From NCBI GenBank assembly GCA_964559675.1, contig CAZLHJ010000002.1, positions 658-64,657 of the forward strand: a stretch of 64,000 nucleotides of DNA. Direction: 5' to 3'. Positions within the stretch are counted from its first letter, which is position 1, and each line of letters opens with the position of its first letter. Positions 1 through 9,020 of this stretch are shown here, in pieces. The position numbers and the translations under genes were made by a program. The notes beneath the pieces are model-generated. The model was not told the origin of the DNA. It worked only from the letters and a program-made list of their open reading frames with translations, and ran no database searches. Origin of the DNA: Candidatus Woesearchaeota archaeon (GTDB taxonomy: Archaea; Nanobdellota; Nanobdellia; Pacearchaeales; GW2011-AR1).

Positions 1-1
1 C

Positions 2-1375
2 AATTTAACTACAAGTTTTGACTTTGATATTTCTCCTAAATTTAGTTTAATTGGGCAAGAAACTACTTTTAAAATTAGTTCGTTTTATAACATAACTCAA
101 TCTGAATGGGAATTTGAAGATGGAAAAAAGGTTACTTCTACAGGTAGCGAAGCAAAATATCTCTTCACGAATCAAGGAAACTATAATGTTAAAGTAACTG
201 CTAAAACTTCGTTAGGAAAAACCTCAAGTAAGACTTTTCAAATAATAGTTGGGAATCCTCAACAATCTGCTGAGAAGTTATTGAATGAAACGGATGCTAA
301 AATAAGTAGTTTAAGTTCATCAATAAATAAAAAAGAAGAATGGATAAAAAAAGAATTAGAGAAAGAATATGATTTATCTGAGTTAAATAGCAAATTAAGT
401 CAAATAAAGATATCTTATCAAAATGCGTTAGAAGATGAAGACTATATTTCTGTTATTAGTAGTCTTCTTGAGTTAAATATTCCGAGTGAAATAATAGTTT
501 CTGAGAAGGGAAGTATCCCTCTTCCTGCATCTATAGAAAATGCAGATTTAAGCTTGGTTGAAGAGGTCTCTGGAAAGGAATTTAAAAATAATGAACTGTT
601 ATTCGATTATATTTCTTCTTGGATATTAGATAATTATGATTCGAGTATTGAATTTGAAAAGATTAGTGCAGTTTACGATTCGAAAAGCGAAGTAATATTC
701 ACTAAAGTAAAATTGAGAATAGTGAATAAGAATGGAGGGGATGATTTAGATAAATATATTCTAATTAGTTATCCATATGACAATATAATCTTTAGATCGA
801 GTTATGGTGAAAAAGGCATTTCTGGAGGTTCAGCTACATCTATGAGATTATCTGGAAATGATTACGAATTCTTACTTCCGGAAGATGTGGATCTATTAGA
901 TTTAGGGATTTATTTATCTCCAGATATAACTAAATTAGATTTAATAGATGAATCAGAAATTTTGAATGAGGATGAGAATACTAAAGATTATCCATTAGGC
1001 AGAGTATTATTTTTCTTGGCTATTTTACTAGTATTTACCCTTGCAGCATATGTTTCGTTACAAGAGTGGTATAAAAGACATTATGAAAATTTCTTATTTA
1101 AAAATAAGGACGATTTGTATAATATAATTAATTTCATTTATAATGGAAGAATATCTGGATTAAAGGATTTAGAAATCAAACTTAAATTACTTGATGTTAA
1201 ATGGGGCAAGGAGCAATTAAATTATGCATTTAGGAAGATAGATGGTAAGAGGACTGGTATGTATGAGATTCCAATATTCAAATTCTTTGAGAATAATAAG
1301 GTAAAAGAAGAAATTGCAAAGAGACAGCCTACAGGTAAGGTAGACGTAAGATTTATTAAACGTCCTAATTTATAA
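2..1375 (+). CDS. Cell-surface protein fragment (5' end lies outside the window) with PKD-like Ig-fold domain and C-terminal membrane anchor
   Basis: Frame 2 is open from nt 2; the track ORF 281..1375 starts at an internal TTG. The upstream part translates to ...SEWEFEDGKKVTSTGSEAKYLFTNQGNYNVKVTAKTSLGKTSSKTFQIIVGNP, a PKD-type signature. A hydrophobic stretch VLFFLAILLVFTLAAYV lies near the C-terminus. Confidence 0.6.
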   Translation, partial: NLTTSFDFDISPKFSLIGQETTFKISSFYNITQSEWEFEDGKKVTSTGSEAKYLFTNQGNYNVKVTAKTSLGKTSSKTFQIIVGNPQQSAEKLLNETDAKISSLSSSINKKEEWIKKELEKEYDLSELNSKLSQIKISYQNALEDEDYISVISSLLELNIPSEIIVSEKGSIPLPASIENADLSLVEEVSGKEFKNNELLFDYISSWILDNYDSSIEFEKISAVYDSKSEVIFTKVKLRIVNKNGGDDLDKYILISYPYDNIIFRSSYGEKGISGGSATSMRLSGNDYEFLLPEDVDLLDLGIYLSPDITKLDLIDESEILNEDENTKDYPLGRVLFFLAILLVFTLAAYVSLQEWYKRHYENFLFKNKDDLYNIINFIYNGRISGLKDLEIKLKLLDVKWGKEQLNYAFRKIDGKRTGMYEIPIFKFFENNKVKEEIAKRQPTGKVDVRFIKRPNL

Positions 1376-1380
1376 TCAAT

Positions 1381-2007
1381 ATGTTTAAAGCGATTAAAAG
1401 AGCGGTGCTATCATTGTTTGGTAGAAAACAGAACATTAAATTAGGTTTCTATGGTCCTCCAAATGCAGGAAAGACCTCATTAGCAAATAGAATTTGTAAG
1501 GATTGGACTGGAGAAGAAATCGGAAATGTAAGTAAAGTGCCTCACGAAACTAGGGCAGTACAATTTAAAGAAAAGGTAGAAATTAAGTATAAAGGTAAAA
1601 CAATTACTTTCAAAATGGTAGACACTCCTGGAATTGCGACAAGGGTAGATTACGAAGATTTCTTGAGACACGGATTAAAGAAAAGTGAAGCAAAAAAAAG
1701 AGCTAAAGAAGCAACACAAGGAATTATAGAATCTATTAAATGGCTTGATGATATGGATGCAGTAGTAGTAGTATTAGATTCTTCTGAAAACCCTTATTCT
1801 CAAGTAAATGTCACAATAATCGGGAATTTAGTAGCTAGAAAAATCCCAGTTTTACTTGTTGCAAATAAGATAGATTTGAAAAAAGCAAACATTAAAAAAA
1901 TTGAATCTGCTTTTCCAGAATATGATGTTGTCGGAATCTCTGCAAAAGAGGGATTGAATATGGATGAGTTTTACGAGTCAGTATTTAATTTAGCGAAAAA
2001 GGTTTAA
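1381..2007 (+). CDS. Small GTP-binding protein (first gene of a GTPase/DUF2073-like/Zn-ribbon triad)
   Basis: G1 GPPNAGKT, G3 DTPG, G4 NKID and G5 SAK motifs are present in the correct order. 208 aa. Confidence 0.8.
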   Translation: MFKAIKRAVLSLFGRKQNIKLGFYGPPNAGKTSLANRICKDWTGEEIGNVSKVPHETRAVQFKEKVEIKYKGKTITFKMVDTPGIATRVDYEDFLRHGLKKSEAKKRAKEATQGIIESIKWLDDMDAVVVVLDSSENPYSQVNVTIIGNLVARKIPVLLVANKIDLKKANIKKIESAFPEYDVVGISAKEGLNMDEFYESVFNLAKKV

Positions 2008-2008
2008 A

Positions 2009-2407
2009 ATGGCAAAAAATAAAGAGAGGAAAATAAACGGGCTTGGCATTCATGTATTGCCATTCTCTGAAGTCAAGGATTTAGGCATAGCTGAAAGAGT
2101 TAAAAGGATATTAAAGCTAGTTCTAGGAAATAAAGTTGTTATTTTGCATGGAAGATTGAGGCCTGAAGAAGAAGCGAGATTAATTGAAGACACGATGGCG
2201 CTAGTAGATCATTTAAAGGATTTCAGAGGAATAGAATTAGCCGTAATTGAGCCGGATATGAAAACTGAAAGCTTGATGGTTAAGCTAAAACATAACCTTG
2301 CAAAGAGGCTTGTAGGAGATAATTCTTCATTGACAGTAATTGGTCCCGCCTCGGTTATAAAAGAGATAAAGAAAGATCCCAAGAAGATTGAACTATTATT
2401 AGGTTAA
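2009..2407 (+). CDS. Conserved archaeal protein, DUF2073-like by position and size
   Basis: Starts 1 nt after the GTPase stop. 132 aa with no catalytic motif. It occupies the middle position of the triad known from other archaea. The family assignment is from memory and was not searched. Confidence 0.45.
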   Translation: MAKNKERKINGLGIHVLPFSEVKDLGIAERVKRILKLVLGNKVVILHGRLRPEEEARLIEDTMALVDHLKDFRGIELAVIEPDMKTESLMVKLKHNLAKRLVGDNSSLTVIGPASVIKEIKKDPKKIELLLG

Positions 2408-2466
2408 TCCTTTAAGCGAATAACTATTCTATAAAGATTTATTAATCATTTATTCCTTGAAACGAT

Positions 2467-2853
2467 ATGCCATATAAATGCGTTCATTGTAATAGTTTAT
2501 TTGAAGATGGATCTAAAGAAATTCTAGAAGGATGTTCAGGATGTAAAAGTAAATTCTTTTTCTATATTAGACCTGAGAAATTAGAAGCCCTAAGGAAATT
2601 AAATCAGGAACCTACTATTGACTTATCTGAAGATGAAAAGAATAAAATTGAAGATGATGTGAGGGAAATTGCAGGATTAGAAAATGTAGATACTCCGGTT
2701 TATTTAGATTTTGAGAGTGTAAGAGTAATTCAACATGGCAAATATGTTTTAGACCTTGGAAAATTATTCTCTAAAAAAGAACCTAAAGTTTATCAATTAG
2801 AAGATGGAAAATATATCCTTGACCTTTCATTAAAGGGTGAGGAAATCAATTAA
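2467..2853 (+). CDS. Zn-ribbon protein (third member of the triad, DUF2072-like)
   Basis: N-terminal CxxC...CxxC zinc ribbon: MPYKCVHCNS...EGCSGCKSKFF. 128 aa. Confidence 0.55.
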   Translation: MPYKCVHCNSLFEDGSKEILEGCSGCKSKFFFYIRPEKLEALRKLNQEPTIDLSEDEKNKIEDDVREIAGLENVDTPVYLDFESVRVIQHGKYVLDLGKLFSKKEPKVYQLEDGKYILDLSLKGEEIN

Positions 2854-2882
2854 TTTAAAAAAGAGTTTTTCCTACTTAACTT

Positions 2883-4139
2883 ATGAATATAAATCAAATT
2901 AAGAAAAGTTTAGACCTTATTCCTGATAAGAAAGATTTGTTATTTATGAAAAATCAGAGTAATAACTTGAAAAGTCTGATTAAAGAAAGTGCAAACTCGT
3001 TAAATATAAAATTAGATGTTTTTTTGGGAGGGAGTTTTGCTAAAAAGACCTTGTTAAAGTCGAAAGATTATGATGTAGATATTTTTGTTAGATTTTATGA
3101 GAATAAAGATATTTCTGAAGGCCTAAGTAAGATTTTATCTAAGATAAAGAAATTTAAATTTGAGAAAGTTCATGGAAGTAGGGATTATTTCTTTGTTGAA
3201 ATTGAAAAAATTAAATTTGAAATCATTCCAGTACTTAGAATAAATTCTCCTAAAAAAGCAATAAATGTTACAGATTTAAGTTATTTTCATGTTAAATATG
3301 TCTCAAGGAAATTAAATGATGCGTTAATCAAAGAAGTTTTGTTACTTAAGCGATTTTTAAAAGCTAATTCTTTGTATGGTGCGGAGTCGTATATTGGAGG
3401 GATATCGGGATATGGAGTAGAATGTTTAATAATCCATTATAAAAAATTTGGAAAATTCATTTCTGAAATTTCTAAAGCTAAAGAAAAAATAGTTATTGAT
3501 GTTGAAAAACATTATAAAAATAAAAAAGAAATCTTTATTGAATTAAATGAAAGTAAACTTAATAGTCCAATTATTTTAATTGATCCGACTTGGAAAGAGA
3601 GAAATGTACTTGCTGCATTAAATAGGGAATCTTATGAAAAATTAGTTAATGTTTGTAAAGGGTTTGTAAAGAAACCTTCGATTAATCATTTTGTACTTGA
3701 AGAACTTAATATAGAAAATCTTAATATTTTAGCAAAAAAGAAAAAAGCGGATTTCTTGGAAATGGAGTCTTACACAGATAAACAAGAAGGAGATATTGCT
3801 GGAACTAAGTTAAAAAAATTCTTTAATTTTATCTCTGAGGAAATTGGAAAATATTTTGAGATAATTCAGAAAGAATTTAGATATTCTGGAGAAAAATATG
3901 CTCAAAATATAATTATTGCGAAGAGAAAAAAGGAGATAATTAAAACAGGTCCTGAGTTGAAGATGGAAAAACAAGTAATCGAATTTAAGAAAAAAAATAA
4001 ACATACTTTCGTTAAAGGTGGAAGAATCTATTCTAAAATAAAAATTGAAGATAATTTGAAAGATTTTATTCAAAATTGGGCTAAGAAGTATTCTAAAACT
4101 GTGAAAGAAATGGATATAACAAATTTAAAGATAACTTAA
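2883..4139 (+). CDS. cca: CCA-adding tRNA nucleotidyltransferase, archaeal class I type
   Basis: Pol-beta NTase motif GGSFAKKT...DYDVDIFV. The segment LLKRFLKANSLYGAESYIGGISGYGVECLIIHY resembles archaeal CCA enzymes. 418 aa. Confidence 0.7.
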   Translation: MNINQIKKSLDLIPDKKDLLFMKNQSNNLKSLIKESANSLNIKLDVFLGGSFAKKTLLKSKDYDVDIFVRFYENKDISEGLSKILSKIKKFKFEKVHGSRDYFFVEIEKIKFEIIPVLRINSPKKAINVTDLSYFHVKYVSRKLNDALIKEVLLLKRFLKANSLYGAESYIGGISGYGVECLIIHYKKFGKFISEISKAKEKIVIDVEKHYKNKKEIFIELNESKLNSPIILIDPTWKERNVLAALNRESYEKLVNVCKGFVKKPSINHFVLEELNIENLNILAKKKKADFLEMESYTDKQEGDIAGTKLKKFFNFISEEIGKYFEIIQKEFRYSGEKYAQNIIIAKRKKEIIKTGPELKMEKQVIEFKKKNKHTFVKGGRIYSKIKIEDNLKDFIQNWAKKYSKTVKEMDITNLKIT

Positions 4140-4915
4140 TTATTATTTCCGTTTATATCTAGAATATCTGATAATGAGCCTGTGAAGAAAGGAGAGTTTA
4201 ACCATACTCCGAAATCTTCTTCTGAATTTTCAGGAGTAACCATAAATAATACTTCTTTCTTATCTGACATAAATAATCTGGCATTAGAATTAACTTGTTT
4301 AGCTTTTAATCCGAATCTTGAAGCTAATTTTTTAACCTTATCTTGTGGTCCTGAAAGAGCTACTTTCACTTTGATATCGTTTTTATTTAATCTCTCAATT
4401 GTAGGAACTAAGACTCTTGCTTTGTCTTCAAAATCTGAAACTGATGTGTGGATTAAAACTTCTTTTTCTGCGCCTTCCATTAATTCTCTAATTCTAGAGA
4501 TTACGTTTGATCTTCCTTTGATAGAGCCTGTAATTTCATGGTGTTTTATTGGAGAAATTCCAGTTTTATGCAATTGTTCCAATTCAGTATATTCCTTTGT
4601 ATCTTTTAATTGGGATAATGAGCTAACCTTTTCTTGGGCTTCTTGAAGAGTTTTATTCTTCATTTTTTCAACTACTTCAGTTGGTTTTACTGCGATATAT
4701 TTTACAGGTTTTCCAATCTTGACTATTGCGAAACCGTTCTTTTCTAATGATTCTAAAACGTCATAAGTTCTTGATCTTGGAACCCCTGAAAGTTCTGCAA
4801 TCTCTCCTGCAGATGCAATTCCTTTTGTAAGTAAAGATAACCAAACTTTGGTTTCGTAAATATTGAGGTTAAAGTGTTCCTTTATCTTCTTTACTAAATC
4901 TTGTTTTATAATCAT
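4136..4915 (-). CDS. TrmB-family transcriptional regulator
   Basis: N-terminal wHTH NIYETKVWLSLLTKGIASAGEIAELSGVPRSRTYDVLESLEKNGFA is typical of TrmB. A C-terminal effector-like domain follows. Confidence 0.75.
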   Translation of the reverse strand: MIIKQDLVKKIKEHFNLNIYETKVWLSLLTKGIASAGEIAELSGVPRSRTYDVLESLEKNGFAIVKIGKPVKYIAVKPTEVVEKMKNKTLQEAQEKVSSLSQLKDTKEYTELEQLHKTGISPIKHHEITGSIKGRSNVISRIRELMEGAEKEVLIHTSVSDFEDKARVLVPTIERLNKNDIKVKVALSGPQDKVKKLASRFGLKAKQVNSNARLFMSDKKEVLFMVTPENSEEDFGVWLNSPFFTGSLSDILDINGNNN

Positions 4916-4998
4916 ACTACTAGGGAGTAACTAATCAGTATTTAAATCTTTTGATTTTGTTGCAACTCTTAAATGGTACATTTAGAAAGATTTAAAAT

Positions 4999-5440
4999 AT
5001 GGGGAATAAATTGAAAGTTATGGTAGAAAAAAGTAATTTTGGGTTTCACGCATTGAATAATAAATCACCTAGAAAAAACAGACTTGAGAAAAGACTAGGA
5101 TCTTCATTTGTAGATAAAATGAGATCCGTATCCTGAAAAGATAGGTCATGCTGTTGAAATTTTTTCTGGAGCGGGAAATATTTGGGGAATTTATAAGGGT
5201 GCGATTGAATCTGATACAGTACAATTAATATTACTTCCGAGCATACATGGTTATACTGTTCCATCTCCATCTTCTCACAACTCTCAAATAGTTTACATTT
5301 GGAATAATGAGCCTTCTAGAGTAGAGAGAGATTCAGTTCGTGGAATTAGAGAGGTGGACTTAGGTTACTTAGATAGTTTGACAAAAAACCATTTACCTAA
5401 AATAATTGTACCTTATTCCTTTAAATCAGATAAGCGATAG
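4999..5440 (+). pseudogene. Possible frameshift-split gene of unknown function (4999..5136 in frame 1, 5123..5440 in frame 2)
   Basis: A 45-codon ATG-initiated ORF is followed by a 105-codon open frame that has no ATG. The two overlap by 14 nt. The region is otherwise an unexplained gap of about 500 nt in a dense genome. Confidence 0.3.
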
Positions 5441-6344
5441 CTAATCCTAGGAAACATCCTGTTGAAATGAAAGGCATTGCAGGGTAGAATTTGCCTTTCT
5501 CAGATAGAATAAATAATATTGCTAATGCAATTGTTGCTCCTACTGAAATTGCTAGAGCTTGTATTAGCCCCATTGCTATGAAGACTACTCCTGCCAAGAT
5601 GATAGGGAATACTACATCTCCTCCTCCAAGAATCGCTACGTTTACCTTTACTTTTTTGTTCTTTTGTTTTGGTTTCATTTTTAGATTTTGAATTTTTCCT
5701 TTCTGTTGCTTATGCATATAAGGTACAAAAAATCCAGAGAAAACTTTTAATTTTTCAATTTGGTATTTTGCCATTTTCTGCATAAATCCTGCATGCCAAA
5801 CAGCGTACATATCATATATTGAAATTAGAACTAAAAGTAAAACTGTGGTCCAAATATTTAGAAGAGGGATAAAAATAGCGGCGATTCCTGGATAGATTAA
5901 AAGTTCGGTTGCATTATGAGCCAAAAGATTTCTTTTAAATATTTTAATAATTGCTAATGGAAGAGCGATTATTAAAGCAATTAATTGTGAATAATTTAAA
6001 TTTATTAATAACGCATTAAATGTGATTGCGAGAGCGAGTGTTATAACTACTAAGAACCAGGTTCTAAGAATTAGTTCTGCACGATATTTCATTAATAGGA
6101 GAAGTATGGCAACTGCGAATATAATCGCGATTACTATCGAGATTAAACTTCCTTTCGGATCTACATCTTTTGGAGGTTCAGTTCCAAATGGAAGATTATA
6201 GACTGTTTCGTTAATTATTGTACCGTTTTCAGTTACAGTTTGAATTGTCTTTGGGGAATAGACGTTTACAACATATAATCCAATTAATTGCGTTAAGAAA
6301 AACATAGCAATTAAGATTATTGTTAAGGATTTTGGATGTTTCAT
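5421..6344 (-). CDS. Presenilin / signal-peptide-peptidase-like intramembrane aspartyl protease (A22 family)
   Basis: Polytopic protein with a YD motif (ISIYDMYAVW), a GxGD motif (LGGGDVVFP) and a PAL-type motif (YPAMPFIS). Confidence 0.8.
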   Translation of the reverse strand: MKHPKSLTIILIAMFFLTQLIGLYVVNVYSPKTIQTVTENGTIINETVYNLPFGTEPPKDVDPKGSLISIVIAIIFAVAILLLLMKYRAELILRTWFLVVITLALAITFNALLINLNYSQLIALIIALPLAIIKIFKRNLLAHNATELLIYPGIAAIFIPLLNIWTTVLLLVLISIYDMYAVWHAGFMQKMAKYQIEKLKVFSGFFVPYMHKQQKGKIQNLKMKPKQKNKKVKVNVAILGGGDVVFPIILAGVVFIAMGLIQALAISVGATIALAILFILSEKGKFYPAMPFISTGCFLGLAIAYLI

Positions 6345-6382
6345 GAGTATAATAGACTAGAGTTATTTATAATAGTTACCAA

Positions 6383-8275
6383 TTATTTTAACCTGACTGT
6401 TTCTAAGTTTCTTGGTACTACTGTTTCAATATGGTTTGTCCTATGTAGCGCTGAAGCGAAGTCTAGGGATTTAGAAACTTCTCCGTGATTAATTATTATT
6501 TTTTTAGGTCTTGGAGTCATTCTACTTACGTATTGCATTAATTCATTCCTACCTGAATGTGCAGACAAACCATACATTGTTTGAACTTCCATATTTACTA
6601 TAATTTTTTCATTCCCATAATCCTTACCTAAGTTAATTTCCTTATTTCCTTCTTGAACTTGTCTTCCTAAAGAACCTACTCCTTGATAACATCCAAATAC
6701 AATTGTGTTTTTTGCATTATCTGCTAAATTTCTGAAATATTCTACAGATGCTCCTCCGACTAACATACCTGAAGTAGCAATGATTATGCATGGTCCCCCT
6801 TCCAAAACTTGTTTCCTTTCTGCAGGACTTCCAACTCTTTTGAATATTTCAGATAAAAATGGATTATTATCTTGGAAAATTTGATTTCTTACTGCTGAAG
6901 ATAAGAAATCTGGATAGGCAGTATGAATTGCATTGATATCCCAAATCATACCGTCAATATAAACTGGAACGCTTGGAAGATCTCCCCTTCTTATGGCCTC
7001 CTCTACCCTTAAGATAGTTTCTTGAGCGTGCCCTAAACCTAATTCAGGCAGTAATAATTTTCCACCTCGTTCAATAGTTCTTTTTGCAACCTCTAGGAAT
7101 GCATTCTCGACTTCTTTTATTGAAGGAAGGATATCATTTTTAGAACCGTAAGTAGACTCTATTTGTAATGTTTCAACTCTTGGAAAATGATTTACTGCTG
7201 CATCAAGTAATCTTGTTTTGTTATATTTTGTATCTCCTGAATAAACAAAGTTGTGTAATCCGTTTCCGATATTAATATGTACTTGTGCGGATCCTAAAAC
7301 ATGTCCTGCATTATATAATGTAATTCTTATATCTGGTGTAATGTCGCTTACCTCCCCATAATCTAAACAGATTGAGTGTCTAACCATTTCCTTAATGTCT
7401 TCTGGTTTATATAGTGGGAATTCTGCTTTTTTGTAAGCGATCCCTATCATATCTAATTGTAATAGTGCTGAGATATCTCGCGTTGGAGCTGTAAGGTAAA
7501 TTGGTCCACGATAACCCATTTTGTATAAATATGGAACTAATCCTGAATGGTCTAAGTGAGCGTGGCTTAAGATTATAGCGTCAATTGAGTTTAGATCCCC
7601 TACTTCTGAAACGTTGAGATATGGAAATCTTTCAGATCCTTCTGTCATTGCCGGATTTATTCCACAATCTAAAATAACTTTTGAATTTGGAGTTTGTAAT
7701 AAGAGACAAGATCTTCCTACTTGTCTTCCCCCGCCTAAGTAAGTTAATCTTACCCACATCTCCATCTTTTCAGGGCTCCAATCTTTGTAGATTTTCTTCC
7801 CTATCTCATTAAGGAATTTTCGCCTATAGTTGTTATTTGCATAAAGAACTGACCTTATCTTCTCTGTAATTTTACTTGGGATGCTTGGAGATCTTTGCAC
7901 AGTTGGAGACCACGAAGTGGATTTTCTTATATCATTTAAAATAGATCCTTGCTTTCCTATAACTAATCCTGGTTTCTTAGCTTCTATTACAACAATGGAC
8001 CTTTGGATATCAAAAATAATATTTGTTATTTCTGCTTCTTCTGGGACGAGAGCCCTAATAGTTTTTTCAGTTTCCTCTTCTGAAGTTAAAATCTTTTTTT
8101 CTGCCCTAAGTTCAATTCTCTTTTTGATCTTATTTACTACTTCTTTAATTTTATCATCTCCAGTCCTAAAGAATTCTTTATCTTCAGTGTATAGAACTAT
8201 GTTTGCACCTTCAAATTCTGCATCACTTAATGAGTTTGGTAACTCATCTTTTATAACTTTTAAGATATCTGGCAT
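6383..8275 (-). CDS. fttA: aCPSF1 / FttA: KH-domain beta-CASP metallo-beta-lactamase ribonuclease (transcription termination factor)
   Basis: 630 aa. N-terminal KH-like region (GLVIGKQGS), the MBL motif HAHLDHSG and beta-CASP C-terminal motifs. Confidence 0.9.
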   Translation of the reverse strand: MPDILKVIKDELPNSLSDAEFEGANIVLYTEDKEFFRTGDDKIKEVVNKIKKRIELRAEKKILTSEEETEKTIRALVPEEAEITNIIFDIQRSIVVIEAKKPGLVIGKQGSILNDIRKSTSWSPTVQRSPSIPSKITEKIRSVLYANNNYRRKFLNEIGKKIYKDWSPEKMEMWVRLTYLGGGRQVGRSCLLLQTPNSKVILDCGINPAMTEGSERFPYLNVSEVGDLNSIDAIILSHAHLDHSGLVPYLYKMGYRGPIYLTAPTRDISALLQLDMIGIAYKKAEFPLYKPEDIKEMVRHSICLDYGEVSDITPDIRITLYNAGHVLGSAQVHINIGNGLHNFVYSGDTKYNKTRLLDAAVNHFPRVETLQIESTYGSKNDILPSIKEVENAFLEVAKRTIERGGKLLLPELGLGHAQETILRVEEAIRRGDLPSVPVYIDGMIWDINAIHTAYPDFLSSAVRNQIFQDNNPFLSEIFKRVGSPAERKQVLEGGPCIIIATSGMLVGGASVEYFRNLADNAKNTIVFGCYQGVGSLGRQVQEGNKEINLGKDYGNEKIIVNMEVQTMYGLSAHSGRNELMQYVSRMTPRPKKIIINHGEVSKSLDFASALHRTNHIETVVPRNLETVRLK

Positions 8276-8283
8276 TGTAAACT

Positions 8284-8955
8284 TTATCTCTTATCTTCTT
8301 TAAATTGAATATCTGATATGTGACTAACGACTTGCTTAATTTCTCCAGGTTTGACAACATATACGTCCATTCCTTCACCAACAGACGGATCTCTTCCCAT
8401 TGAGGCCCTGATGCATTTTGTTGCTAATTTGATCCCTTCTTCAACGGACATATCTTTCTTGTAATCTGAATCTAAAATGGGGTGGGCCTGCATTATACCT
8501 GAACCACTTGCAACATAACCTTCTTCTTTTTTGAGTAATCCATCTGGTGAGACATCGTATAAATGAATCCCATTACTATCGAAACCTGCTACAATGAAAT
8601 GAGCTATTGCTGGAATCATTGATGGAGTTCTGATACTTTGATAAGCCATATTGGACAATAGTGTGGCAATTTCATCTATAGACATTTCTTCTTTGATCTT
8701 TAATTCCTTCAATCTGATTTCTGCTCTTAGAACTTGAAGTAATTTTACGGCATCTGAAGCAGTACCTGCCATAGTTGCAATAGTTTTTTTGTTTACTTCT
8801 ATAATCTTCTTAACATCTCCCGCTAAATATGAAACTCCTCCTTGACCCCCGTAAGAAGTTCTCCTATCTGCAGCTACGACTATCGCTCCTTTGCAAACTA
8901 TCCCTATAGTTACTGTTCCTGTCTTTGTTAAGTTTTTAGAAATTTCCTCGTTCAT
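8284..8955 (-). CDS. psmB: Proteasome beta subunit
   Basis: A short propeptide precedes TGTVTIGIVCKGAIVVAADRR (N-terminal Thr nucleophile context). GSG and other Ntn-hydrolase motifs are present. Confidence 0.9.
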   Translation of the reverse strand: MNEEISKNLTKTGTVTIGIVCKGAIVVAADRRTSYGGQGGVSYLAGDVKKIIEVNKKTIATMAGTASDAVKLLQVLRAEIRLKELKIKEEMSIDEIATLLSNMAYQSIRTPSMIPAIAHFIVAGFDSNGIHLYDVSPDGLLKKEEGYVASGSGIMQAHPILDSDYKKDMSVEEGIKLATKCIRASMGRDPSVGEGMDVYVVKPGEIKQVVSHISDIQFKEDKR

Positions 8956-9020
8956 TTTTACTGAGAACTAACTTATTATTGGCAGGAGTAAATGGTATTT
9001 AAATTTTTCCAATTTTAAAA

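Noticed and set aside
4182-4646. 154-aa plus-strand ORF
   Set aside because: It is the antisense shadow of the well-supported TrmB-family gene. The same applies to other track ORFs antisense to confident genes, including 1480..1671, 3810..4073, 5491..5691, 7881..8303, 9505..9741, 9910..10197, 11299..11481 and 12854..13036. It also applies to 14077..14313, 14904..15131, 15802..15993, 16592..16858 and 18501..18788.
5046-5270. 74-aa minus-strand ORF in the 4916-5420 gap
   Set aside because: The plus strand carries longer, more protein-like frames (see the frameshift finding). This ORF is probably their shadow.
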